From NCBI GenBank assembly GCA_052388435.1, contig JBQTIC010000019.1:13769-77768 (forward strand): 64,000 bases of DNA. Direction: 5' to 3'. Under the pieces are notes generated by a model that saw nothing but the letters and a program-made list of their open reading frames with translations, was not told the DNA's origin and searched no databases. The DNA is from Chromatiales bacterium. GTDB taxonomy: Bacteria > Pseudomonadota > Gammaproteobacteria > JAJPIJ01. Each line of letters starts with the position of its first letter. The stretch's first letter is position 1. Of the stretch, positions 22,189 to 31,895 are shown piece by piece. The position numbers and the translations under genes are program-made.

Positions 22189-23550
22189 TCAGTTGACGAG
22201 CTGCGCGTGCAGATCGTAGTCCCCGGCGTAGGTAACCTGCACCGTGGCGAAGTCGCCGGGCCTGACTGATTTCTCGGCGCGGAAGAAGACGTTCCCATCA
22301 ATCTCTGGCGCGTCGGCGGTGCTGCGGGCGACAGCGGTGCTATCCTCCCGCTCTTCATCGACCAGCACGCGCAGGGTCCTGCCGACCTTCGCCGCCAGCC
22401 GCGCGCGGCTGATGGCCTGCTGCACTTCCATAAAGCGCGCGTAGCGTTCCACTTTCACCTCTTCAGGCAGCGCACCCGACAGGTCATTCGCCGCAGCACC
22501 TTCCACCGGCGAGTAGGTGAAGCAGCCCACACGATCGAGCTGGGCGGCATCGAGGAACGCGAGCAGATCCTCAAAGTCGCGCTCGCTCTCGCCGGGAAAG
22601 CCGACGATGAACGTGCTGCGGATCGTCAGATCCGGACATTCCCGCCGCCAGGCCTCGATCCGCTTCAGCGTATCTTCCGCGGCTGCCGGCCGCTTCATGA
22701 GCTTGAGGATACGCGCACTGCCGTGCTGAAACGGGATATCCAGATAGGGAAGGATTCTCCCCTGCGCCATCAGCGGTATGACCTCATCGACGTGCGGGTA
22801 CGGATAGACGTAATGCAGCCGCACCCACACACCCAGCTCACCCAGAGCGCCGGCCAGTCCGGTTAGCGAGGTTGCGTACTCTCGTCCACGCCACGACGCA
22901 GAGGCGTAGCGCAGGTCCACGCCATAGGCGCTGGTGTCCTGTGAGATCACGAGTAACTCTTTCACGCCGGCCGCCACCAGCTTCTCCGCCTCGCGCAGCA
23001 CATCATCGATGCGGCGGCTGACGAGATTGCCGCGCATGGATGGGATGATGCAGAAGGTGCAGCGGTGGTTGCAGCCCTCGCTGATCTTGAGATACGCGTA
23101 GTGGCGAGGCGTGAGCCTGATACCTTGCGGGGGCACGAGGTCGACGTACGGGTAGTGTCGAGGTGGGAGGTGCTTGTGCACGGCACTGACCACTTCCTCG
23201 TAGCGATGCGGCCCAGTGACGGCGAGCACGCTGGGATGGCGTTCGCGGATCTTCTCCTCGCGCGCGCCAAGGCAGCCGGTGACGATGACCCTGCCGTTTT
23301 CCGCCAGCGCCTCACCGATCGCATCCAGCGATTCCGCTACCGCCGATTCGATGAATCCGCAGGTATTGACGACCGCCAGGTCGGCATCGTGGTAGGTGGG
23401 GACGATGTCGTAGCCCTCAACCTTGAGCTGGGTGAGGATGCGCTCGGAGTCGACCAGCGCCTTCGGACAGCCGAGACTCACGAACCCGACTCTTGGCGGG
23501 GATGATTTGATGGCGGCCTTGCCGGCCCGACGCCTGGCGGCTGACTTCAT
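22189..23550 (-). CDS. rimO: ribosomal protein S12 methylthiotransferase RimO (radical SAM, MTTase N-terminal domain and TRAM domain); start uncertain, since the ORF is open to 23652
   Basis: CxxxCxxC radical-SAM motif [10 protein letters not shown], MTTase N-terminal domain, TRAM domain, and the RimO-typical DTSAYGVD block. Confidence 0.85.
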   Translation of the reverse strand: MKSAARRRAGKAAIKSSPPRVGFVSLGCPKALVDSERILTQLKVEGYDIVPTYHDADLAVVNTCGFIESAVAESLDAIGEALAENGRVIVTGCLGAREEKIRERHPSVLAVTGPHRYEEVVSAVHKHLPPRHYPYVDLVPPQGIRLTPRHYAYLKISEGCNHRCTFCIIPSMRGNLVSRRIDDVLREAEKLVAAGVKELLVISQDTSAYGVDLRYASASWRGREYATSLTGLAGALGELGVWVRLHYVYPYPHVDEVIPLMAQGRILPYLDIPFQHGSARILKLMKRPAAAEDTLKRIEAWRRECPDLTIRSTFIVGFPGESERDFEDLLAFLDAAQLDRVGCFTYSPVEGAAANDLSGALPEEVKVERYARFMEVQQAISRARLAAKVGRTLRVLVDEEREDSTAVARSTADAPEIDGNVFFRAEKSVRPGDFATVQVTYAGDYDLHAQLVN

Positions 23551-23667
23551 GTTCTGATCGAAATAAGTGGGCGATGACGGGGCGGCGATTATACGCGGAT
23601 GAAGGCAGTTACCGTAGACGCTGATTCGTGATGCTGCAGCGGGCCTTTGCAACGGCTCGCGTCGCCG

Positions 23668-24092
23668 TCACTCTGTTTGGTACCACCTTGCCGCCCGTCC
23701 CAATACCAGCTGTTTGACCTTGGCGGCAGCCGCAATCTCGCCGATTACGGACGGCGACATATGCAATCGTCGCTCTACGCCTTGCGCCCCTTCCGGGACG
23801 GCATTGTGGGCAATGAACACATCAGCGTCGCGAGCAAGTTCAGCGAGCGCCCCTTCGCCGTTCGTATCTTCGCTGAACACGGCACTGCGACCCGCCACCT
23901 CCACTCGCCAGGCGAGTGCCGGGATCGCGCCGTGGATGGCGGCTGTGGCAAACGCCTGCAGGTTCGCGCCGGAGTATAAAGATCCGCGCTGTGATCCACG
24001 TGTAAGTGGGTGAACAGCACCACATCGAGATCGGATACGGTGGCTCCTGATTGCCCGAATCGCAGCGCCGCGCCGCCGCCCATGTCGATCAA
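23668..24092 (-). pseudogene. disrupted metallo-beta-lactamase-fold hydrolase, frameshifted and probably N-terminally truncated
   Basis: HxHxDH motif (LFTHLHVDHSADL) in one frame (24092 down to about 23975); MBL C-terminal blocks (FIAHNAVPE...HMSP) continue in a second frame (about 23975 down to 23668). Neither frame alone gives a full MBL protein. Confidence 0.5.
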
Positions 24093-24191
24093 TCAGTGCA
24101 CGCCTTCTCTCGTGCCATATCAGATAACTGCTGGAGAGTCCATAGCGCCGCATTCATTCCGTCGCGCTCGAACGTTCGACATCCCCTGATC

Positions 24192-24638
24192 TCAGGAAGC
24201 ATCTCGCCTCCAGGGATCGTAGTTACCAAAGTTCCAGAGGTGGCCCTCTGGGTCCCGGCAGGAGTAGCCACGGCCACCGTAATCCTCATCCTTGATTTCA
24301 ATGACAATCTCTGCGCCGTTGGTAACAGCACGGGCATAGTGTGCGTCAGTATCCGCGACAATTACATAAGGGCTTTGCGAACCCACGCCGCCGAGATCGC
24401 GAGGCGGCTTCACAAGTTTTCCAAACGCATCATCCCTTGCGGACGCCACCATGATCATGCCGTTGCCAAACGTGAGCTGTGCGTGAGCGATGGTGTTCTT
24501 CTCGCCCGGCACGACAAGGAGCTTCTCGAACCCGAACGTTCGACACAGCCACTCGATAGCGGCCGGAGCATCGTGATAGGTCATGGTAGGGATTACCGTC
24601 GATGTCGTGTTCTTTGCGTGTTCGGTCATGCATCGCAC
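24192..24638 (-). CDS. VOC-family (glyoxalase/bleomycin-resistance fold, PhnB-like) protein
   Basis: 148 aa; paired beta-alpha-beta-beta-beta module pattern typical of PhnB/VOC proteins. Confidence 0.65.
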   Translation of the reverse strand: MRCMTEHAKNTTSTVIPTMTYHDAPAAIEWLCRTFGFEKLLVVPGEKNTIAHAQLTFGNGMIMVASARDDAFGKLVKPPRDLGGVGSQSPYVIVADTDAHYARAVTNGAEIVIEIKDEDYGGRGYSCRDPEGHLWNFGNYDPWRRDAS

Positions 24639-25054
24639 CTCGCTACTACGTGAATTCTCTTACAAGGATATGGGCGATATTGAGGTGGTGAGGCGCCCAG
24701 CAGCTCGAGAGAGTATAACGGGGCAGGACACCGTTCCAGTTCAGTGCACTTACGGACCGGGCATGTCCCGTGTGCGATGGACCAGCCGCCCGAGGCTCAA
24801 CACCCGGGCGGAACGCCGCCAATGCGCGTATAGTGATGATGTTTCCTGAGAGGTTGGCTCGAATTGAGCGCTCAGGTCGTGAAGTCCGGCGGACGTCGCC
24901 GATGGGCGCCGCCAGACTATCGCCGCAAGCTCGCCACCCTCTTAACCTCTTCGTCCGCACCGAGCCAACCGGTGCGCATGTTTTCCGCGCGAGCACATTG
25001 GTCCAGCCCATGAAGGCTCTGACAGAGCGGCGCAGATGACACTGATGGTCGGCA

Positions 25055-25088
25055 TCCGGGCAGGGCAACGCGGATCCGGCCCTTTTTT
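25055..25088 (+). promoter_or_regulatory. terminator/attenuator-like hairpin plus T6 inside the leader of the second RRM gene
   Basis: GC-rich imperfect stem containing the CGGATCCG palindrome, followed by TTTTTT at 25083-25088; 33 nt upstream of the RRM2 ATG. Confidence 0.35.
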
Positions 25089-25120
25089 CGACCTACCCAT
25101 CGCGATCAGAGACAAGATAT

Positions 25121-25405
25121 ATGGCAACCAGCATCTATGTGGGTAACCTCGCCCAGTCGACTACCAATCAGGACATTCGAGCCCTGTTCGAGCAGTTCGG
25201 CAAGGTCGAATCCGTGAACATATTGATTGACGGCCGCACGGGCGCGTCTGGAGGATTTGGTTTCGTGAAGATGAACGATGCGAGCGCGAAAGCCGCCATT
25301 GCCGCCCTCGATATGACGCTGCTCGCCGGACGGAATCTCGCAGTACACGAAGCGGCACCCCGTAGAGTCAGCGATGCATTCGGCCGGGGAGCCTGGCCTC
25401 ACTGA
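25121..25405 (+). CDS. RRM-type RNA-binding protein, second paralog
   Basis: IYVGNL RNP-2 and GGFGFVKM RNP-1 variant; 94 aa; lacks the glycine-rich tail of the first paralog. Confidence 0.75.
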   Translation: MATSIYVGNLAQSTTNQDIRALFEQFGKVESVNILIDGRTGASGGFGFVKMNDASAKAAIAALDMTLLAGRNLAVHEAAPRRVSDAFGRGAWPH

Positions 25406-25515
25406 GTTTGGCAGTATCACATCGACGGGGGCTGCGGGCCGCCTTCGATGTGAGCAACCAGATCGAACACTCATGCCGGTAGTACGAAATAACCGTCAAT
25501 AGGAGAACTGAAATC

Positions 25516-26010
25516 ATGCTCAAAGAGTTTGAACGGGTAAAGAAATGGCAGGCCTCTCCTGAGAAAATGGACGAAAGAATCAACAGACTCAGGACCGCGG
25601 AGGAGTGTGAAATATTCTCGAAAAACGTCACTGAACGTGGTTTCCCTGAACTCGCCGCCAGAGCTCAGCGCCGGGCCGTCGAGTTGCAGGCCGCCACACA
25701 CGACGCGCACAGTGAAGCAGAGAGAGACGCGCTGAAAGCCGTTTACGCCTACGAACAAATCCTCAGCAAAGCGAAGCTGAAGAAGACCCGTGCGACCGGC
25801 ACTTGGCAGCTGGTCAGGCGCCTCGGGGTTATCGGGGCGATACAGTCATTGGTAAATCGAAACGCCGGCGAGGCCCACTTTACGACATTGAAGGAAACGG
25901 GGATGCAAGACCTCGCATTCGAGTCGATAGTCTTGAAGCACCCTGAGGCATACATACCGGAGACTGTGGAGCGATGTGCTGCCCGTCTGGGAGAGTGGAC
26001 GCAAGCGTGA
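25516..26010 (+). CDS. hypothetical protein, 164 aa, in a lower-GC islet
   Basis: AGGAGA Shine-Dalgarno 8 nt upstream of the ATG; hairpin plus T-tract terminator at 26020-26051; no recognised domain; local GC clearly below its surroundings. Confidence 0.5.
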   Translation: MLKEFERVKKWQASPEKMDERINRLRTAEECEIFSKNVTERGFPELAARAQRRAVELQAATHDAHSEAERDALKAVYAYEQILSKAKLKKTRATGTWQLVRRLGVIGAIQSLVNRNAGEAHFTTLKETGMQDLAFESIVLKHPEAYIPETVERCAARLGEWTQA

Positions 26011-26131
26011 GAGTTCGCTGAAGAGCCCCGCCAATGCGGGCTTCTGTTTTATCCTGCAGAAGCAGCCTCTGGACTACCGCCACCCGACGGATCAACACCG
26101 TCATCAGAGATGGCGGACCTCGGTCGCGTCA

Positions 26132-26245
26132 TTAATGCATGAATCTCCTGCTCTCTTTCTTTGCCCTCTTCGCCGCCCTCTTTTCGTCTGCAGTCTTCGC
26201 GGGCTTCTTTTTGCTTTCCTTCTTCCGTTCCATACCTTTACTCAT
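26132..26245 (-). CDS. small lysine/arginine-rich protein, 37 aa, not in the supplied ORF track
   Basis: MSKGMERKKESKKKPAKTADEKRAAKRAKKESRRFMH; GGAGAG Shine-Dalgarno 6 nt upstream of the ATG; an in-frame stop 5 codons upstream confirms a stand-alone ORF. Confidence 0.35.
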   Translation of the reverse strand: MSKGMERKKESKKKPAKTADEKRAAKRAKKESRRFMH

Positions 26246-26681
26246 GTCTGTCTCTCCTCATGATCGAGGTTGATGTGACGTCAGCGGTTTTTCTAAGCAA
26301 ATCATAGAAAGTCTAGTTGACCGGCGCCGTTTCTTGTAGACAGTAAGGCAGTAAATTGGTTGGGTATCATAGCGTAAGGCGGACTGCCCGGTTGGACTAC
26401 CGATGTTTGATCAGATCATCGACGGTGAGCCCTGTACCTTTGGCGATTTGCCGAAGGGGCGGTTAAAAACGGGAGGTGTCTGTTACAGCACGCGGGGCGA
26501 ACGTAAGTTCGCTGAAATAATCGATGATGCGCTTCCATAAACCGGACAAACCTCCCCCTCGATTCGGTGCGGCGAACCCGCGATGCTCACGTTGCGCGCG
26601 TCGCGCGCGTCGCGGTTTCCCCTCACCCCTTCCCTCTCCCGCTGATGCGGGAGAAGGAGAGCAGGAAGGAATTGGGTAGGA

Positions 26682-28808
26682 CTAGGCGCGGGCGACTTCG
26701 ACCAAGTTGTCGAAGAAGGTCGGGCAATGGCCCATGCCGCCAAACACGGCCGGCGCGACACTGTTCACCGTACCTACCGGGTTGAGGGTCCGCCAGTAAC
26801 CCAGTGTGGCCACCACGATGCCGTGGTTCACATCGTCGGTGAGCCTGGCATTGCCGAGGAACTGGCCGTTGTCGTTGTACACGCGCACCTTGTCGCCTTC
26901 CTTGATGCCACGCGCGGCGGCGTCCCTGGGACTGATAAGGACGAACTGCTCGCCCTGGCCATGGATTTTCTTGGCCTCGTTCGCATAGCAGGAGTTGAGG
27001 AAGCCGTGGCTCTTCGGCGCGACGATGTTGAGGGGGTACTTCTTCGCCAGCTCGGCGTTGGTCTCCGGGCGGTAGCGCGGCGGCCGGTAGTCGGGCACCG
27101 GATCGATGGACTCACCGCCCTGCATGCCGTCGTACATCTGCCGGAACACGGTGGCGACGAAATCGCCGTTGGCCGCCCCGCTCGCGTGGATCTCGACCTT
27201 GCCTGAGGGGGTCGGGAAGTTGCCTGCCTTGTGCGGGCAGCGGTTGTCGGGCGTGCCCACATTGAGGTGGGCATAACCGATTTGATCGAAGGTATCCATC
27301 GTGATGCCCTGCATCGCTGGCGCGTCCCAATTGATGTGGTGTTCGATCATCTCGCGATCGCTCATGGTGAACTGCGGGTTGTCGAAGCCCATCAACTTCG
27401 CGAGCCGCCGGAAGATCTCCTGGTTCGGCAGCGACTCGCCCGCAGGCTCGATCGCCTTCTGGTTGTGGGTGAGATAGAAATGGCCCCACGACCACACCAT
27501 GTCCTCGGCCTCGGCGGCCAGCGACGCGGGCAGGATGATGTCGGCATAGGAGGCGGTATCGCTCATGAACTGTTCGGCGGCGACGGTGAAGAGATCCTCG
27601 CGTTTGAGTCCGGCGACGGTCTTGTCGCTTTCCGGCGCCTGGGTTACCGGGTTCGTGTTATATACGAACAGCGACTTGATCGGGGTTTTCAGCGGCAACT
27701 CGCCGGTAAGCGCACGGCCGGTTTGCAGGATGTTGACGACTTGCGTGCCCTCGGGGATCCAGTCCGGACGGCAGACGCGATCCCAGTGGATCGGGAACTC
27801 CCACACCGGCATCTCCAGCGTGCCGCCGCCGACATGCCGCCAGGCACCGATCAGCGCCGGCAGGATGGCCGCCAGGCGTATGGCATCTGTGCCCCCGGCA
27901 CTGCGCTCGAGCCCCACGCCGACGCGGATGGCCGCCGGCTTCACAGTGGCATACTCACGCGCGAGCTTGCGGATGTCGTGGGCCTTGATACCTGTGATGG
28001 TCTCCGCCCACTCAGGCGTGCACTTGAGCGCACGCGCCTTCAACTCTTCGAAGCCGGTGGTGTACTTCTCGATGTAATCGCGATCGAGCAGGTTCTCCGT
28101 GATGAGCACGTTGACCCACGCCATTGCGAGGGCGCCATCGGTGCCGGGCTTGATGGCGATGTGCCAGTCAGCCTTCTTGGCGGTGATCGACTTGTAAGCA
28201 TCGATGACCACTACCTTGGCGCCATTTTCCTGCGCGCGCCGGATGAACGGCCAGTGATGCAGATTGGTGGACAAGGTATTGCACGCCCAGATGATGATGA
28301 ACTTGGAATGGACAAAGCTTTCCGGATCCACCCCGCCGGTCGGGCCGACAGTCAGCAGCCAGGCGGTCGAAGAACCGGACGCGCAGTAGGTTTTTTCGCA
28401 AACGGTCGCGCCGAGGCGGTTAAAAAAGGCATCACCGGCGGTGATGCCATGCACGAGCCCCTGATTGCCGAGGTAGGAGAGCGGCAGGATCGCCTGCGCG
28501 CCGTGCTCCTTGATGATCGCGGTCCAGCGCTGCCTGATCTCGGCGAGCGCCTGCTCCCAGGAGATGCGCACGTACTGGCGGCTGCCTTTGGGTCCGTTGC
28601 GCTTCAAGGGGAACAGCAGGCGATCAGCGTTGTAATGGCGCTCGTCGTAGTCCTTGAGCTTCACGCACAGACCACCCGCCGTCATCGGATGATCCGCGTT
28701 TCCCTTCACACTGATGAGCCGGCCGTTTTCCACGGTATAAACAAAGGCACAGGTGTCGGGGCAATCGTGCGGGCAGGCGCCGTGATATGTCTTGATCTGA
28801 GCTGCCAT
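26682..28808 (-). CDS. cytoplasmic molybdopterin (bis-MGD) oxidoreductase, MopB superfamily, uncharacterised subfamily
   Basis: 708 aa; N-terminal 4Fe-4S cysteine motif CPHDCPDTC...C; molybdopterin-binding and C-terminal MopB-CT domains; no Tat signal. Confidence 0.85.
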   Translation of the reverse strand: MAAQIKTYHGACPHDCPDTCAFVYTVENGRLISVKGNADHPMTAGGLCVKLKDYDERHYNADRLLFPLKRNGPKGSRQYVRISWEQALAEIRQRWTAIIKEHGAQAILPLSYLGNQGLVHGITAGDAFFNRLGATVCEKTYCASGSSTAWLLTVGPTGGVDPESFVHSKFIIIWACNTLSTNLHHWPFIRRAQENGAKVVVIDAYKSITAKKADWHIAIKPGTDGALAMAWVNVLITENLLDRDYIEKYTTGFEELKARALKCTPEWAETITGIKAHDIRKLAREYATVKPAAIRVGVGLERSAGGTDAIRLAAILPALIGAWRHVGGGTLEMPVWEFPIHWDRVCRPDWIPEGTQVVNILQTGRALTGELPLKTPIKSLFVYNTNPVTQAPESDKTVAGLKREDLFTVAAEQFMSDTASYADIILPASLAAEAEDMVWSWGHFYLTHNQKAIEPAGESLPNQEIFRRLAKLMGFDNPQFTMSDREMIEHHINWDAPAMQGITMDTFDQIGYAHLNVGTPDNRCPHKAGNFPTPSGKVEIHASGAANGDFVATVFRQMYDGMQGGESIDPVPDYRPPRYRPETNAELAKKYPLNIVAPKSHGFLNSCYANEAKKIHGQGEQFVLISPRDAAARGIKEGDKVRVYNDNGQFLGNARLTDDVNHGIVVATLGYWRTLNPVGTVNSVAPAVFGGMGHCPTFFDNLVEVARA

Positions 28809-28971
28809 GGGCGACCTCCAGGCCGGAACTTATGATTGTGATAGCGGGACAACACGGGAGTCCGGGACTCTACACCTGTTCGCTGACAGGCGGCAATCGC
28901 GGCCGCATTGCTGCAGCGCACGCACCAAGTGCGCGCCGCAGGTGGGGCGGCCGGGATCAACGCGACCGCGC

Positions 28972-29427
28972 TCAGCTCTGCGCGGGGACAAACTCCATGG
29001 CCACCGAGTTCAGGCAGTAGCGCAATCCCGTCGGCGGTGGTCCGTCCGGGAAGACATGACCAAGGTGACCATCGCAACGCCGGCAGCGGATTTCGGTGCG
29101 GAACATGCCGAGACTCACGTCGCGGATGTTGGCAATGTGCTTCGCATCGTAAGGCTCGTAGAAGCTCGGCCACCCGGTACCGGAGTCGAACTTGGAGTTG
29201 GAGCGGAACAGCGGCAGCCCGCACAGACGACAGGCGTAAACGCCTTGTTCCTTGTTGTCGAGCAGACCGCCGCAGAACGGATGCTCAGTGCCGTGATGCA
29301 GCAGTATGCGCCGCTCTTCAGCGGTGAGCCGCGCCGCCAGCCGCTCGCGCTCCTCGCTGGATAGGGGGGCGATATCGTGGCCGGAGGCGGATAGCGTCGT
29401 CGCCGGTGCGTTCTGCGGCGTGGTCAT
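28972..29427 (-). CDS. msrB: peptide-methionine (R)-S-oxide reductase
   Basis: SelR domain with CxxC...CxxC zinc site and catalytic RCDGHLGHVF block. Confidence 0.9.
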   Translation of the reverse strand: MTTPQNAPATTLSASGHDIAPLSSEERERLAARLTAEERRILLHHGTEHPFCGGLLDNKEQGVYACRLCGLPLFRSNSKFDSGTGWPSFYEPYDAKHIANIRDVSLGMFRTEIRCRRCDGHLGHVFPDGPPPTGLRYCLNSVAMEFVPAQS

Positions 29428-29453
29428 GGGACGTTCCTCTGAGCCAAACCTTG

Positions 29454-30080
29454 TTAACCCTTCAGCTTGTCGGCGAAGTATTCGCGCAGCTTTTCCACCT
29501 TCGGCAACGCCACCGCCTCGATGTAGGGCTGGCTGGGATTGAGCGCTGCGTAGTTCTGATGATAGGCCTCGGCGCGATAGAACGCCTCCAGGGATTCAAG
29601 CCGGGTGGCGATCGGGGCGCTGAACACGCCGGCCTCGTTGAGCTGACAGATGTACGCCTCGGCTATGCGTCGCTGCTCCGCGTCGGCGTAGAAAACCGCC
29701 GAGCGGTATTGGCGCCCTTGGTCATTGCCCTGGCGGTTGAGCTGGGTGGGATCGTGGGCCACCGAGAAGAAGACCTTCAGCAACTGGCCATAGCTGATGC
29801 GCGCAGGGTCGTAGCGCACCTGCACCGCCTCGGCATGGTCTGTCGTCCCACTGCATACGGCTCGATAGTTGGCGGAGGGGGCCGTATCCCCGGTGTAGCC
29901 GGAGGTGACCTCCAGCACGCCCTCCAGTTCCCGGAATACCGCCTCCACACACCAGAAGCAGCCGCCCGCGAGCACCGCCTGGGCGTCAGGGGCGGATTGT
30001 GTAGGAGGCGGGTCCTCTTTCGGGTCCGGGAACTCGTCGGGCGAGACGGTGAGGCTGATTCCACGGATGTCGCAAAGCAT
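29454..30080 (-). CDS. msrA: peptide-methionine (S)-S-oxide reductase
   Basis: GGCFWC catalytic motif and conserved MsrA blocks; 26-nt gap to msrB. Confidence 0.9.
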   Translation of the reverse strand: MLCDIRGISLTVSPDEFPDPKEDPPPTQSAPDAQAVLAGGCFWCVEAVFRELEGVLEVTSGYTGDTAPSANYRAVCSGTTDHAEAVQVRYDPARISYGQLLKVFFSVAHDPTQLNRQGNDQGRQYRSAVFYADAEQRRIAEAYICQLNEAGVFSAPIATRLESLEAFYRAEAYHQNYAALNPSQPYIEAVALPKVEKLREYFADKLKG

Positions 30081-30422
30081 GCCTGCTCTCCTGTGTCGGG
30101 ACGGGACACTGTGACGTTAGATGGACCACGCAGCCCATTCGTTACACGCCAAATGCCCGCGCGCCAGAGACTGCGCGGATCAGGGCGGCAGCATCGGCAC
30201 TGCGGCGCTGGTGTCCTTGAGCGCCACCCCGGATAGCTTCAGGCGCAGCGCCTCGGAGAGCAGGTAGTAGAGCTTGTGGGCGCCAAATCGTAGCTTAAAA
30301 CGGATGAACGAGCTGGAGAAGTTGTGCGAGCAGTGGCCGCTGGGGGGTACGCGTCGGCCAGCCCGACCTCTGAAGCCCAAGGGATGGAACCGTTACCGAA
30401 TCTGTCGCCCTGGAAAGTGGGC

Positions 30423-31853
30423 TTAGTAGTGGCCTGCGCTGGCGGCGAAGAGCTCAAAGCCGCCCTTGCCCACAGACTTGGCCCGGTACATCGCGGCATC
30501 GGCATGGCGGAGCAGCGCTTCGCCATCGGCGCCATCCTGCGGAAAGAGACTGATGCCGATACTGCAGGACGGCGCCCACCGGCGCCCACCGGCGCTGAGA
30601 GGCAGGTTTACGATGCGCAGGAGCTTCTGGGCAACTCGCACAGCGTCTTCGATACCGTGAAGACCCCCGACCAGGACGCCGAACTCGTCCCCACCGAGAC
30701 GGGCCACGGTGTCGGAGCCGCGCACGGAGGCGGTGAGGCGCTTGCCAGTCTCCACCAGAAAGGCATCGCCAACCGGGCGGCCACAGGACTGGTTGACACG
30801 GTGGAAGTTGTCGAGATTGAGATACAGGAATCCCAGCTTTTCAGCGTAGCGCGTAGCGTGGGCTATCCCGTGCAACAGGATCTCCGTCAGGGCCTCACGA
30901 TTGCGCAGGCCGGTTAGCTGATCGCGCGTCCGTAGCCGGCCGGATGCGGAGCGTTCGGCGGAGCTGTTTCCGGAATGGCCGCTGGCTGACTCCAGACACG
31001 CGGTCGTCTGCCGGCCCAGCACCCGCAGCGCATCCTCCTGCGCTGGCGACAGAGAACGCGGCTCCGGATCGAGAATCGCGAGAGTGCCGAATCGCCGCCC
31101 GCCGGCGGAGATCAGCGGCACACCGGCAAAGAATCGCATGGGCCCACCGGCGCAGACGAGCTGTTTGCCGCTGAAGCGGAAGTCACTGGCGATGTCGTTA
31201 ATAAGCAGGATGTCACCGTCGCGCAGCGTTTGCACACACAGCGCCACGTAGAGCCGCGATTCGCCGGCGCTGGCTAGCTGAGACGCACTGGCGGGGATTC
31301 CCGGTTCGTAATCGGCGGTATGGACGTAGGCGACCGCGGCGCCGCACAGTTGCCTTGCAAGCAAGGTGGCATCGGCGATGACCGACGGCGTCGAATGAGG
31401 CGCCGCGTGGAACCCCGCGCCCCTTCGCCCTGGCCTTGTTTCCTCCTCTGTGGTCTCGCCTGACGCCATTTGCGGAGCGCGGTCTGAGGCAACCGTCGAG
31501 CGCAACATCTTCAGTATCTGCGATACCCGTTCAAACTCCAGCGTCTTGTCGAAGAAAAAATCCGCGCCCGCCCGGCGGCACTCCTCGCGATAGGCCGAGT
31601 GTGGGCTATTGGTGAGCATGATGACCCGCGGCCTGGGACTCAGATTGGCGATGGACTTGAGCACGTCCAATCCGCTGCCTCCCGGCATTTCGATATCCAG
31701 GATGACGGTGTCCGGCCGCAGCGCCACGATCCCTTGGACCGCACCCTTGATGTTGCCTGCCTCACCGACGACGCGCACACCATCAAGGTCGGCGAGCATG
31801 CTTACGAGACGCTCGCGCACTACGCGCGAGTCATCGGCAATGAAGACGTCCAT
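30423..31853 (-). CDS. response-regulator receiver / GAF / GGDEF diguanylate cyclase
   Basis: N-terminal REC (DD...D54...K), central GAF, C-terminal GGDEF with an intact GGDEF active site and RxxD I-site. Confidence 0.85.
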   Translation of the reverse strand: MDVFIADDSRVVRERLVSMLADLDGVRVVGEAGNIKGAVQGIVALRPDTVILDIEMPGGSGLDVLKSIANLSPRPRVIMLTNSPHSAYREECRRAGADFFFDKTLEFERVSQILKMLRSTVASDRAPQMASGETTEEETRPGRRGAGFHAAPHSTPSVIADATLLARQLCGAAVAYVHTADYEPGIPASASQLASAGESRLYVALCVQTLRDGDILLINDIASDFRFSGKQLVCAGGPMRFFAGVPLISAGGRRFGTLAILDPEPRSLSPAQEDALRVLGRQTTACLESASGHSGNSSAERSASGRLRTRDQLTGLRNREALTEILLHGIAHATRYAEKLGFLYLNLDNFHRVNQSCGRPVGDAFLVETGKRLTASVRGSDTVARLGGDEFGVLVGGLHGIEDAVRVAQKLLRIVNLPLSAGGRRWAPSCSIGISLFPQDGADGEALLRHADAAMYRAKSVGKGGFELFAASAGHY

Positions 31854-31895
31854 GGGTACCGCCGGACGACGTGTTGCGTTGCTTACACGCCCCGG

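Noticed and set aside
26592-26609. 9-bp tandem GCGCGCGTC x2 downstream of the MopB gene
   Set aside because: This is low-complexity GC-rich sequence, too short to call a repeat element.
28856-28870. GGGAGTCCGGGACTC, resembling the RNase P RNA P4 motif (GGAAAGUCCGGGCUCC)
   Set aside because: The intergenic region is only 163 nt, far too short for RNase P RNA, and no other conserved P-RNA elements are present.
30180-30380. 66-aa minus-strand ORF between msrA and the GGDEF gene, with a protein-like C-terminus (FIRFKLRFGAHKLYYLLSEALRLKLSGV)
   Set aside because: It has high GC3 but no start context or motif, and high-GC shadow frames look equally good. I could not distinguish it from noise.
30571-30594. 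10-bp perfect tandem duplication (GGCGCCCACC x2, plus-strand sequence) inside the GGDEF domain coding sequence
   Set aside because: The reading frame is intact on both sides and the encoded AGGRRWAP lies in a variable loop. It is only a minor slipped-strand hotspot candidate.
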